From the NCBI RefSeq assembly GCF_041817755.1, contig NZ_JBGYBX010000044.1, positions 12,573-76,572 on the forward strand: a DNA stretch of 64,000 bases. The letters run 5' to 3'. The DNA is from Glaesserella sp. (lineage in GTDB: Bacteria; Pseudomonadota; Gammaproteobacteria; Enterobacterales; Pasteurellaceae). Made by a program: the position numbers and the translations under genes. How positions within the stretch are numbered: the stretch's first letter is position 1; each line of letters begins with the position of its first letter. Positions 49,876 to 58,968 of this stretch are shown here, in pieces. Below the pieces are notes generated by a model that was given only the letters and a program-made list of their open reading frames with translations, searched no databases and was not told the DNA's origin.

Positions 49876-50628
49876 TCAGTTTGTCTTCATTCTTTCTTCT
49901 GCGGTATTGATACTTTGAATAATGGCACGTCGATTGATGTTTGGATTATCGCCGTCGAGTACTTGCTGCCAATAGAAAATCGCTTGCTGCGGATCATTTC
50001 GCAAAAAGGCCTCGGAAGCCAATAACAACAGGCTTGCACTTTCTTTCGGATCTTGTGCTAAGGCTTCGTCAATCCAAGCCTTGGCTTGTGCGGAAAGCGT
50101 TTGTTTATGCAGATAGTAATCGGTTGTTGCCATGGCGCCGAGAATTGCCGCCTTTCTGCCTAATACCGTTTGCGCATGGTGAAAACACACCATTGCCGCT
50201 TCAAAATCATTATTTAAGGAGTATGCCTGCCCCAACTCAAACCATAAATCGCCGTTATTCGGATTGTCACGCAGTTGGTTTTGCAAACTGACAATATAGT
50301 GATCGTTGCGCGTGCGGCTGTCTTCTTCCGCTTTTTGCTGCTGAAATGCTTGGAAGTCACGTTCACCCGCTTCAACCTGCTGATAACGCCCGCTTTGCCA
50401 ATAATAGGCAACGCTGACCGTTAATACGGCGATAAATGCGAGCATACCGAATACAAGCGGTCGTTTTTGCGGTATTTTTTGCAAATGTAACGCTAATTGC
50501 GTTTGTTCAAAATCATGACGATCCCGCAATTCATTGAGATATTCCTGTTTGGTATCATTTGCAAGATTTTCTGCAAATCGTACCGCTTGTTGATAATGTG
50601 CTGCGTTGAGTTGATCCCGTTCGGTCAT
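49876..50628 (-). CDS. TPR-repeat cytochrome c maturation protein (CcmI / NrfG-like)
   Basis: One TM segment (LVFGMLAFIAVLTVSVAYYW) then TPR repeats. Start taken at MTERDQ, abutting the ccmH stop. Confidence 0.7.
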   Translation of the reverse strand: MTERDQLNAAHYQQAVRFAENLANDTKQEYLNELRDRHDFEQTQLALHLQKIPQKRPLVFGMLAFIAVLTVSVAYYWQSGRYQQVEAGERDFQAFQQQKAEEDSRTRNDHYIVSLQNQLRDNPNNGDLWFELGQAYSLNNDFEAAMVCFHHAQTVLGRKAAILGAMATTDYYLHKQTLSAQAKAWIDEALAQDPKESASLLLLASEAFLRNDPQQAIFYWQQVLDGDNPNINRRAIIQSINTAEERMKTN

Positions 50629-51014
50629 TTCTTCTTCCTGTTTACACGCCAAATGAGTGCCGCCAGCATAGCGATCAATAAGCCTAAAGGCGCACCCCAA
50701 AGTAATCCGGTTTGGGCGTTGAGCGGCGGCTTATAGTTGACAAACGCCCCGAATCTGTCCGTCATGGTGCGGATAATCTCCTCATTGCTTTTACCTTGAT
50801 TTACCATCTCATAGACTTCCAAACGCAGATGATAAGCCTGAGTTGCATTGGATTCGACCAAATTTTGATTTTGGCATTGCGGGCAGCGTAGCGATTTGGC
50901 AAGAGCAATGGCTCTGACTCTGTCTTCGTCAGAGCGGAATTGGAAGGTATCGACCATTTCGGCATGGGCGATGCCGTGGATAAGCAGTCCGAGAATAAAC
51001 AGTAGGCGTTTCAT
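50625..51014 (-). CDS. ccmH: cytochrome c maturation protein CcmH / NrfF family
   Basis: 129 aa with a signal peptide, the LRCPQCQNQ motif and a C-terminal TM segment. Confidence 0.8.
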   Translation of the reverse strand: MKRLLFILGLLIHGIAHAEMVDTFQFRSDEDRVRAIALAKSLRCPQCQNQNLVESNATQAYHLRLEVYEMVNQGKSNEEIIRTMTDRFGAFVNYKPPLNAQTGLLWGAPLGLLIAMLAALIWRVNRKKK

Positions 51015-51547
51015 TATTTTTCCTTACTTAAAGCGTCTAATCGCGGCAGCACGTCTTGCATAAAGTCCGGGTTGTATCCTTTTTGTTGGTAACGAACCAT
51101 ACCTTTTTTATCAATAACATATGTAACCGGCGCAGAATTGATATGCAAGGTGTCGATTAAAAAACGGTGTTGATAATCGTCGATCGTGAATTCAAACGGA
51201 TTGCCCCAACGCGCCAATGCTTGACGGGCGTCTTCCGGGCGGTCGGTTAAGGTTAAGCCGACAATTTTTACGCCTTTTTCTTTTAACTCGAGCAATAGCG
51301 GAAATTCTTTGATACACCATGTGCACCAGCTTGCCCATACGTTGAGGATGAACGGCTCTTTCGGCAAACTTTCTTTGCTGAGCAGCGCGTGATTGTCAAG
51401 CAAATGCGGTAGCGTGAATTCGGGGAACGGTTTCCCTTGCCAATCTTCGCTCGGGGCGAGAGTGTCGGGCGTTTTAAGTTGCGCCATCAGAAAAAAGACG
51501 ACGGCCAGTAATAAAACAAGCGGTAAGAAAAGCACGGTTTTTTTCAT
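51014..51547 (-). CDS. dsbE: thiol:disulfide interchange protein DsbE/CcmG family
   Basis: Thioredoxin motif WASWCTWC with an N-terminal anchor. Start taken at MKKTVLFLPL. Confidence 0.85.
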   Translation of the reverse strand: MKKTVLFLPLVLLLAVVFFLMAQLKTPDTLAPSEDWQGKPFPEFTLPHLLDNHALLSKESLPKEPFILNVWASWCTWCIKEFPLLLELKEKGVKIVGLTLTDRPEDARQALARWGNPFEFTIDDYQHRFLIDTLHINSAPVTYVIDKKGMVRYQQKGYNPDFMQDVLPRLDALSKEK

Positions 51548-51560
51548 ACGGATCCCTAAA

Positions 51561-53468
51561 TCAAACGAACCTTTTGCGACGATGCCCCAGTATGGCAAGG
51601 AGCGAAGCGATAACCATAATAGCTCCGCCCCACCACAATGCACGAATATAAGGTTTGTAGTGCAGACGGAAGGCATATTCTTTTTGTCCGAAGCGATCGC
51701 CCATCACAACATATACATCATCCAAACCGCGATGCGCTAAGCCGACTTCCGCCATTGTCATGGTACGAATATCATAATAGCGGCGTTCGGGATACACCGT
51801 GGCAATATACTGGTTTTGCTTGTCGTCAATATGAAAGGTTGCCGTTTCCGATGTATAGTTTTGCCCGATGACATTATCGTATTTGGCATAAGTGAAGGTG
51901 AAGCCGGCTAAGGTTGCCTGTTGCGTCGGTTTTAACCGCACGCCGATCTCATCGCCGTAATAGCTGCTCATCATGGCACCAATCACGCAGACACCAAAAC
52001 CGATGTGGGCAAGCCGCATGGCAAGCGGTCGGATTTGCCACATTGTTTTACGATAAGGCAGGTGAGTTAAGATGACCCATATCGCTAAACTGATGAAAAG
52101 GGTCGGCAGCCATTGCAATTGGTGAGCGGGGCTGTGTTGCAAGGTGAGATGACCCAACCCCAACGAGATACCGATCGCTAAAGGCAATAATAGGAGGTGT
52201 TGCAGTAGGCTTTTCAACGGTAATTGCTTCCAGCGTAAGCGCGTTGCGTATCCCATCAGCGCGAGTAACAGTAAAGCCAGTGGCGCGAAAATTGTGTTGA
52301 AATACGGTGCACCGACGGAAATCGCTCCCCAATTCATGGCACTGAACACCATGGGATAGAACGTACCGAGCACAACGACTCCGGTGGCGAGTACGAATAA
52401 GCCGTTGATCGATAAAAATGCCGTTTCTTTCGATAGCCATGTAAAACGTACCTCACCCTGCCAAAGGCGGGCTTTGAGAGCAAATAACGCCAATGCCACA
52501 AAGCTCAAGCTAAAAAACAGCATCAGCAATGCCATGCCGCGATCCGTATCGACCGCAAAGGCGTGTACGGAAGTCAGTACACCCGAACGCACAATAAAGG
52601 TACCGAGCAAACTTAAGGCGAATGCAAAAATCGACAACAATAAGGTCCAGTAACTGAAAATACCGCGTTGTTCGCTGACAATCAGGCTGTGCAATAATGC
52701 TGTGCCTAGCAGCCACGGCATGAGAGAGGCGTTTTCAACCGGATCCCAAAACCACCAACCGCCCCAACCTAATTCGTAGTATGCCCACCATGCGCCTAAT
52801 AGGATTCCGGCGGTCAGGAAGCCCCACGCGATCATTGCCCACGGGCGCATCCAACGGGCGATAGCATAATCGAATACCCCGCCGAGCAGCATGGCGATCG
52901 TCATCGCAAAGTTTACCGCAAAACCGACGTAACCGAGGTAGAGCAGCGGTGGGTGAAAAATCAGACCGATATCTTGCAACATCGGGTTGAGATCCCGACC
53001 TTCGGGCGGAGGCGGAAACGAACGTTCAAACGGGTTGGACGCCCACAGGATAAATAAGGCGAAGCCAAAGATGATAAAAGAGAGTGCGCCTAGGGTTCGG
53101 TATGCAAACAAGCGGTCGGTTTTGCGCGAAAAAATGCAAAAAATACCCGTCCACACGGTCAATGCCGTGAGCCAGAAGAGCATGGATCCTTCGTGGCCGC
53201 CCCAGCTGGCGGCAAATTTGAAAAAGATCGGTAATTGGCTGTTGGAATGGGCGGCAACGTAGTTGACGCTGAAATCATCGGTCATGAATGCCTGCGCTAA
53301 ACAACCGAAAGCAAGCAATGCCAGCAGGCACTGCAGTCCGCTCCACAGCGGGTTCAAGGCGAGCCAATGCGGTTGTCGGCGTAATTCTCCCCATACGGAG
53401 AACACGACTTGGATGGCGGAAACGCCGACCAATAAAATAAGTGAAAAATAACCCAGTTCGGGGAACAT
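51561..53468 (-). CDS. ccmF: cytochrome c heme lyase subunit CcmF / NrfE family
   Basis: 635 aa with the WWFWDPVENAS tryptophan-rich motif. It aligns along its length to remembered E. coli CcmF. No ccmABCDE genes lie upstream. Confidence 0.85.
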   Translation of the reverse strand: MFPELGYFSLILLVGVSAIQVVFSVWGELRRQPHWLALNPLWSGLQCLLALLAFGCLAQAFMTDDFSVNYVAAHSNSQLPIFFKFAASWGGHEGSMLFWLTALTVWTGIFCIFSRKTDRLFAYRTLGALSFIIFGFALFILWASNPFERSFPPPPEGRDLNPMLQDIGLIFHPPLLYLGYVGFAVNFAMTIAMLLGGVFDYAIARWMRPWAMIAWGFLTAGILLGAWWAYYELGWGGWWFWDPVENASLMPWLLGTALLHSLIVSEQRGIFSYWTLLLSIFAFALSLLGTFIVRSGVLTSVHAFAVDTDRGMALLMLFFSLSFVALALFALKARLWQGEVRFTWLSKETAFLSINGLFVLATGVVVLGTFYPMVFSAMNWGAISVGAPYFNTIFAPLALLLLALMGYATRLRWKQLPLKSLLQHLLLLPLAIGISLGLGHLTLQHSPAHQLQWLPTLFISLAIWVILTHLPYRKTMWQIRPLAMRLAHIGFGVCVIGAMMSSYYGDEIGVRLKPTQQATLAGFTFTYAKYDNVIGQNYTSETATFHIDDKQNQYIATVYPERRYYDIRTMTMAEVGLAHRGLDDVYVVMGDRFGQKEYAFRLHYKPYIRALWWGGAIMVIASLLAILGHRRKRFV

Positions 53469-53540
53469 AATTCATCCGTTATTTTGCAAAATAATTGCCC
53501 GAACCTACCGCTTGCAAACCGGAAGGTCAGACGTGATTTT

Positions 53541-55451
53541 CTACGCTTTTACACCCGTATCCGATGTTGTCGGCGATTGCCGTTCGGATGCAGAGATGTT
53601 CTCCGTTCGGTCAATCTTTTCTCCCATTTCCTCAAGCAGATCCGCCGTAGCATCATCCAGCGCCTCCGCTTCTTTGCGCGGTTTTACAAACGGCTCTACC
53701 GACCAATATTTGCGTTCGATTTCATCCGAGAATCCATGCAGCACTTCTTCATTCAGGCGTTCATGATCCAATTGACGAATCAATTTAATTGCATCCGCCG
53801 ATTCCGTTTCCGTCGCGCCTAATTTTTCCAAGGCGACTTTACTTAACAACAGTGCAGATTCAAAGGTTTCTCTGACTTGATAGTCGACATGTTGCTTGAT
53901 TAAATCAACCGTATTGCGACGGTCGTAGGCACGGGCAAAAACCGGGATGAGCGGATACTCATGTTTAATCAACTCGACAATATTCAGCGTTTTTTCCGGT
54001 TCCGCCAGACCGACAATCACACAATGAACCTGTTCAATGCCGCTTGCCCGTAGTACATCGATACGCGAACCGTCGCCGTAGTAAACTTTAAAGCCGAATC
54101 GGGTAGCGGTACGAATATTACCTAAATCCGCGTCAATCACCGATACGCTGATACCGCGGGCAAGCAATACTTGGCAGACGATTTGACTGAAGCGTCCGAA
54201 GCCGATGACCAACACATTGCTTTCCAAGTTTTCGGCAAGCTCGATACCTTCAAGGCTTTGCTGCGGTTCTCCGCTTTTTTTCGCTTTGCGATTGATCAAA
54301 CGTTGAATCGCAATGACTACCAGCGGAGAAAGTAGCATCGAGACAATCACGGCGGCGGTAAATGTCGCCTGATGTTTAGAGGAAAGTACACCGGCGGTTG
54401 CGGCGGCAGAAAAAAGCACGAAGGCAAATTCACCGCCGTGAGACATGATTGCCGTTCGCATGACGGCTTCACGGTTGGTTAATAAGGTCAAACGCGCCAC
54501 GAGATAAATGGCCAGCCCTTTACCGAAGACATAAAGCAGTACGACTCCCAGCAACCATAGCCAATTGTTCAACACCAACGCCAAGTCGAGAGACATGCCT
54601 ACGCCCATGAAGAATAACCCGAGCAGTAGTCCGCGGAACGGTTCGATATCGGCTTCCAATTGATGACGGAATGACGATTCGGACAACATGACGCCGGCAA
54701 CGAACGCACCCATTGCCATCGACAGCCCGCTGAGTTCCATCAATAGAGCGGAACCCAGCACCACCAACAAGGCGGCAGCCGTCATCATTTCACGAATATG
54801 CGCTTTGGAAATCATACGGAATAACGGGTTCATCAACCATTTACCGGCGGCAACCAAAATCAATACACCGACCAAACCGGCGCCGATGGCGGTCCAATTG
54901 GTTTCATGCTCTACGTTGGCGGTCGGGGCTAAAAAGGCAATGGAAGCCAATAGCGGTACAATCGCCAAATCTTCAAAAATCAGCGTTGACACAATCCGCT
55001 GCCCTTTAGGTGTGGTACTGATGCCTTTTTCTTCAAGGACTTGCATCACGATAGCGGTAGACGAGAGGGTAAAGCCCATGCCTGCAATAAATGCGACTTC
55101 TTTCGGTAAACCTAAAATAAAGATACCGGCGCAAGTTAACAGCGTACCGCAAGCGGCGACTTGTAAGAACCCGCGTCCGAAAATAGCTTTGCGCATACTC
55201 CATAGCCGCTCGGGATACATTTCCAAGCCGATGACGAACAGGAACATGACGACGCCGAGTTCCGCCATATGCACGACCGCATCCGGATCTTGGAATAACC
55301 CTGCACCGGACGGTCCGATCAAACACCCGGCAACTAAGTATCCTAGTACGCTGCCCAATCCGATGCGTTTAAATAAAGGCACAATCGTGATACTAGTGGC
55401 AAGCAATGCCACGGTTTTAATCAATTCGGGGTTAGCGATGGCGACTGACAT
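53541..55451 (-). CDS. kefBC: glutathione-regulated K+ efflux protein, KefB/KefC family (CPA2 with C-terminal RCK/KTN domain)
   Basis: 636 aa. N-terminal Na/H-exchanger domain, then a Rossmann VLVIGFGRFSQ domain. Confidence 0.85.
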   Translation of the reverse strand: MSVAIANPELIKTVALLATSITIVPLFKRIGLGSVLGYLVAGCLIGPSGAGLFQDPDAVVHMAELGVVMFLFVIGLEMYPERLWSMRKAIFGRGFLQVAACGTLLTCAGIFILGLPKEVAFIAGMGFTLSSTAIVMQVLEEKGISTTPKGQRIVSTLIFEDLAIVPLLASIAFLAPTANVEHETNWTAIGAGLVGVLILVAAGKWLMNPLFRMISKAHIREMMTAAALLVVLGSALLMELSGLSMAMGAFVAGVMLSESSFRHQLEADIEPFRGLLLGLFFMGVGMSLDLALVLNNWLWLLGVVLLYVFGKGLAIYLVARLTLLTNREAVMRTAIMSHGGEFAFVLFSAAATAGVLSSKHQATFTAAVIVSMLLSPLVVIAIQRLINRKAKKSGEPQQSLEGIELAENLESNVLVIGFGRFSQIVCQVLLARGISVSVIDADLGNIRTATRFGFKVYYGDGSRIDVLRASGIEQVHCVIVGLAEPEKTLNIVELIKHEYPLIPVFARAYDRRNTVDLIKQHVDYQVRETFESALLLSKVALEKLGATETESADAIKLIRQLDHERLNEEVLHGFSDEIERKYWSVEPFVKPRKEAEALDDATADLLEEMGEKIDRTENISASERQSPTTSDTGVKA

Positions 55452-55462
55452 GGTTATCCTCT

Positions 55463-57949
55463 TTATTCATGACATTTTAATTTTAAATAGTCCCGATGCC
55501 GTTGACTTTGAAACGGCACGATAGAGATCCCTTCAGGGAAAGTAAGTAATTGATAAAATTGCGGAAAATTAAAGGTTTCATACTGCTCGACACCCTGTGA
55601 ATATAATGTGCTGATTTGCCTGATTTTATCTTCTTTCGCTCCGGTGCAATAAGCATAACATTCCGCATGATTTTGTTTATCCAAAACATACACATTAAAG
55701 CTCTCATCTTGATTATCCTCAAAAAAGAATTGTAAAAAACCTTCACTGGCGAAATGATAAACTTCTTTCGGGATCACTGCATCCGTTGACGGCGACGTAT
55801 CGCAACACGCAGGCGTTTCCGGCACCACTTCTTTCAGCGCCAGTTGCCCGTCAAAAACCAATTGCCAACGTCTGCCGGCGATATTAAAGGTTTGCGGCGG
55901 TTGACGTTGGAAGACCGATCCCGTTTGGACGGTAATACAGCGATTAACCAACCCCATAACGAATTTTTCCAATTCGCCGCGTAGTTGGCGACTATAGCTG
56001 AAAATATTAACCGATTGAGGCGGGGCGGAACTGCGATAAATTTTATTTGAAATAAATTTTAACGCTTTTAGCAGTGCATCATTCCCTTCAAATTGTTTGG
56101 TCATGATTTCGTTCCACATATTGCGGAAAATAATATTAATGCTGCCGATAACGCCTTGTTCGGAAGAACCGAGGTTAAACAGATCGACTTGTTGGATTTC
56201 GTCCTTCGTATACGGCGGGATGTTCCGCGTCGGATCTTTTGTCAGATTCACCGCTACAATTAGATTACGGATTTCATGCGGATGATACAGCTCTTCACCG
56301 TTTAATGGCGGCGCTTTTGCCGGGAAAGATAATCTTAAATCCGTAATGAATCGGCGTAAGGTATCCAATGACAGCGTTTGGCTCACGAGATGAATATTGG
56401 TGCTTGCCGTCAGTACACCGTTAAAATAAGCCCACGCAATCAGTTTCGTCAGATTTTTTTGATATTGTACGTGGCGGGTCGTAGAGTCATAAGGCGTTAA
56501 CGGGGCGTGATTTACCAAATACCATCCCGCTTTCGTAGAGAGTCCTTCGCTTACCTCAATAAATGTGACTTCATTTTCCGCCAGATTGGTTGCTATTTTT
56601 TCATTAATTAACAAAATTTTGCCGGGCTGTTCTTCAAAAACGGAATAAAGCTTGCGCATAATAATATCGGTATCTTGCGGCATAATGCTGGGATCGATAT
56701 GGAATTTGCGGGCAAAATGGATCAAATTACGATAACTCTGCAACAACTGTTCAACGATCATTTGTTGATGCAAGACGGCTTGTTTGATTTTCCACTGCGG
56801 GCGTTTATCTAAGATTTCACGCTCTTTTTCTCCCCATCCCCAACAATGGACTAACTCATCCAGTGCTTGTTTACGGATCATGTCGAGCTGCCCTTCATGG
56901 GCTTTAATGTAAAAACAGCTGCGCAAGCGGTCTAATCGGACAAATTCTTTGCGGTTTTCCAGATATTCCGTGACTTGTTCGAGCATCGCCAAGTAAGGAT
57001 CGAAATGGTAGTCGGCGGCAGCGTCGCTCAATAATTTTTTCTTAAATTTTTTGGAAATCAGGTTCGTGTGAGGGTAGGTTTCCGCATAGCTTTCAAGCAA
57101 TAAGATCTTAATGGCGGATTTATACGGGTTTTCGATACCCTTATAAAGTTGCCATAAACTCGCGCCGAAATACTCACCGATCGGCAAGGCGGTAAAATCG
57201 CCGAAATCAATCCACTCGGATAAATGCAATTCCCCTGTTGCAAGCGCTTGTTGAATAATCTGCGGGTAATCCCGCTCATCATCGGCAATGTGCACCCACA
57301 ACACCCTTTTTCCGGCTAAACGGATTGCCGAACGGTAAAACTCATCTAAAAGTAAATAATGTTGTGCCGAACCATTATGGTCTTCCGTCACCCCGCTATG
57401 ATATTGCCGCGATTTAAATGCATCGGGATTCATCAAATACACATTGATCTTGATGCCTAAGTTTTCCGCCCAACGTTTAATTTGAAGCAGTTTACGATCG
57501 ATCAAGGTTTTTTGTTCGGCATTAAAAGGCTGTGAATAGCACAACCACAAATCCAAGTCTGAAAAGCTTGTTTGCGTAATCGAACCGATACTGCCCATCA
57601 CATAAAGTCCGTCAAATACCGGTGATGCCGTCGGCGAAGGTGTCGGTGATTCGGCAAAATAGCCGGTTAAATAATGAGCTTGTTGCTCACTGAGTTCAAA
57701 ATCCGCAATGCCGCTCGGAGCGCCTTCAACATAAGCGGGTAACGATGGGTGATTGTAATGAATGAATAACGGAACGGAGGAAAAGACCCGGTGAAAGGCG
57801 GCGGAACAGTTTTGCAATGCATTTTCTATACGGAAATGATCGAGCAAATCAACCCGTTGTTTTGCCAACGCCAGCTGCTCGGAAAAGGTATGAGACGCTA
57901 ACGGATTTTCTCTCCCTGTTTTTACTAATGTCAGCTTTCTCATCGTCAT
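55463..57949 (-). CDS. cyaA: class I adenylate cyclase
   Basis: 828 aa. DLDLWLCY, HYLLLDEFYRSAIRLAGKR and GASLWQLYKGIENPYKSAIK track remembered E. coli CyaA. The exact start is uncertain. Confidence 0.95.
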   Translation of the reverse strand: MTMRKLTLVKTGRENPLASHTFSEQLALAKQRVDLLDHFRIENALQNCSAAFHRVFSSVPLFIHYNHPSLPAYVEGAPSGIADFELSEQQAHYLTGYFAESPTPSPTASPVFDGLYVMGSIGSITQTSFSDLDLWLCYSQPFNAEQKTLIDRKLLQIKRWAENLGIKINVYLMNPDAFKSRQYHSGVTEDHNGSAQHYLLLDEFYRSAIRLAGKRVLWVHIADDERDYPQIIQQALATGELHLSEWIDFGDFTALPIGEYFGASLWQLYKGIENPYKSAIKILLLESYAETYPHTNLISKKFKKKLLSDAAADYHFDPYLAMLEQVTEYLENRKEFVRLDRLRSCFYIKAHEGQLDMIRKQALDELVHCWGWGEKEREILDKRPQWKIKQAVLHQQMIVEQLLQSYRNLIHFARKFHIDPSIMPQDTDIIMRKLYSVFEEQPGKILLINEKIATNLAENEVTFIEVSEGLSTKAGWYLVNHAPLTPYDSTTRHVQYQKNLTKLIAWAYFNGVLTASTNIHLVSQTLSLDTLRRFITDLRLSFPAKAPPLNGEELYHPHEIRNLIVAVNLTKDPTRNIPPYTKDEIQQVDLFNLGSSEQGVIGSINIIFRNMWNEIMTKQFEGNDALLKALKFISNKIYRSSAPPQSVNIFSYSRQLRGELEKFVMGLVNRCITVQTGSVFQRQPPQTFNIAGRRWQLVFDGQLALKEVVPETPACCDTSPSTDAVIPKEVYHFASEGFLQFFFEDNQDESFNVYVLDKQNHAECYAYCTGAKEDKIRQISTLYSQGVEQYETFNFPQFYQLLTFPEGISIVPFQSQRHRDYLKLKCHE

Positions 57950-57964
57950 TCATCTCACATATAA

Positions 57965-57986
57965 AAATGTGATCAATGTAACATTT
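57965..57986. promoter_or_regulatory. CRP binding site in the cyaA leader/promoter
   Basis: AAATGTGATCAATGTAACATTT compared with the consensus AAATGTGATCTAGATCACATTT. The left half TGTGA is perfect, the spacer is 6 nt, and the right half TAACA has one mismatch. Confidence 0.6.
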
Positions 57987-58096
57987 TGGCTAAAAAAGTA
58001 AAGATAGAAAGGACGTTCGGTTAAAGTGTGATTAACAATTGCAGTAATACAAGCGGTCGGATTGACGGGGAATTTTACCGATTACTCAAAATCCGC

Positions 58097-58124
58097 TTGA
58101 CCTTTTCCCCTCAAGGCGTATTAT
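58097..58124 (+). promoter_or_regulatory. sigma70 promoter of yhhQ
   Basis: TTGACC (58097-102), 16-nt spacer, TATTAT (58119-124). Confidence 0.55.
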
Positions 58125-58140
58125 TCGCCCTCTTTTCACA

Positions 58141-58184
58141 TTGGGTTCCCTCACCCCAACAACCGGCTTTAAACAAAAAGGAAC
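58141..58184 (+). promoter_or_regulatory. preQ1-I-like riboswitch (translational, SD-sequestering)
   Basis: UUGGG-UUC-CCUCA-C-CCCAA mirrors the preQ1-I core (P1 + GGUUC + ACCC). An A-rich tail AAACAAAAAGGAAC follows, and its AGG/GGAAC can pair with the loop CCU/GUUCC. YhhQ (COG1738) is a known preQ1-I-associated gene. An extra 11 nt sits between P1 and the A-tract. Confidence 0.5.
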
Positions 58185-58187
58185 AAC

Positions 58188-58859
58188 ATGAACGTTATTG
58201 ACTATTTTTCCGACGAGCAGAAGCGCCGCTCGTTACTGTTACTTTCTTTTTTCCACATTTTTATCATTACCGTCAGCAACTATTTAGTACAGATTACTTT
58301 TGAGATAGCGATCCCTTTTACTGACACAGCGATCCCGACAACATGGGGAACGTTTACCTTCCCGTTTATCTTTTTAGCGACGGATTTAACCGTACGGGTA
58401 TTCGGTGCCGAACTTGCCCGTAAAATCATTTTTGCCGTGATGTTCCCGGCATTGATAGTCAGTTATGTGGTATCGGTAATCTTCTTTGAAGGTCAATTTC
58501 AAGGTTTCGCGACGTTAACCGAATTCAATACCTTCATTTTCCGTATTGCGTTGGCGAGTTTTGTCGGCTATGTCGTCGGGCAGCTCATGGATATTTTCGT
58601 TTTCAACCGTTTGCGTCAAGGAAAAACGTGGTGGCTAGCCCCCGCCAGTTCGACGATCTTCGGCAGCCTGATTGATACCTTTGTCTTTTTTGCCGTGGCT
58701 TTCTATCAAAGCAGTGATGAATATATGGCGGCGAATTGGTTTACGATCGGTGCCGTGGATTACGCGTTTAAGCTATTTGTTAGTCTGCTACTGTTTTTAC
58801 CGCTATACGGTTTATTACTGAATTACGTGATCAAAAAGCTCCGTCTGGCAGTCAACTAA
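58188..58859 (+). CDS. yhhQ: queuosine-precursor transporter YhhQ (DUF165/COG1738)
   Basis: 223 aa, 6-TM, with the family N-terminus SFFHIFIITVSNYLVQ. Confidence 0.85.
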   Translation: MNVIDYFSDEQKRRSLLLLSFFHIFIITVSNYLVQITFEIAIPFTDTAIPTTWGTFTFPFIFLATDLTVRVFGAELARKIIFAVMFPALIVSYVVSVIFFEGQFQGFATLTEFNTFIFRIALASFVGYVVGQLMDIFVFNRLRQGKTWWLAPASSTIFGSLIDTFVFFAVAFYQSSDEYMAANWFTIGAVDYAFKLFVSLLLFLPLYGLLLNYVIKKLRLAVN

Positions 58860-58865
58860 TGTTTG

Positions 58866-58912
58866 ACAAGCGGTCTGTTTTGGTCAATTTTTTGCAAAAT
58901 CGGACCGCTTGT
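58866..58912 (+). terminator. USS inverted-pair hairpin downstream of yhhQ
   Basis: ACAAGCGGTC (58866-75) / GACCGCTTGT (58903-12) with a 27-nt interior containing ATTTTTTGCAAAAT. Confidence 0.4.
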
Positions 58913-58968
58913 TGCGCAGCGTAAAGAGAGTATAATCCCCCCGATTTTAATTTGCATGAGATGTCATA

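Noticed and set aside
54688..55524. 278-aa plus-strand ORF
   Set aside because: It is entirely antisense to the well-supported Kef-family gene and crosses into the cyaA 3' end. The translation is low-complexity (A/P/S/I-rich) with no recognisable motifs. This is a typical shadow ORF.
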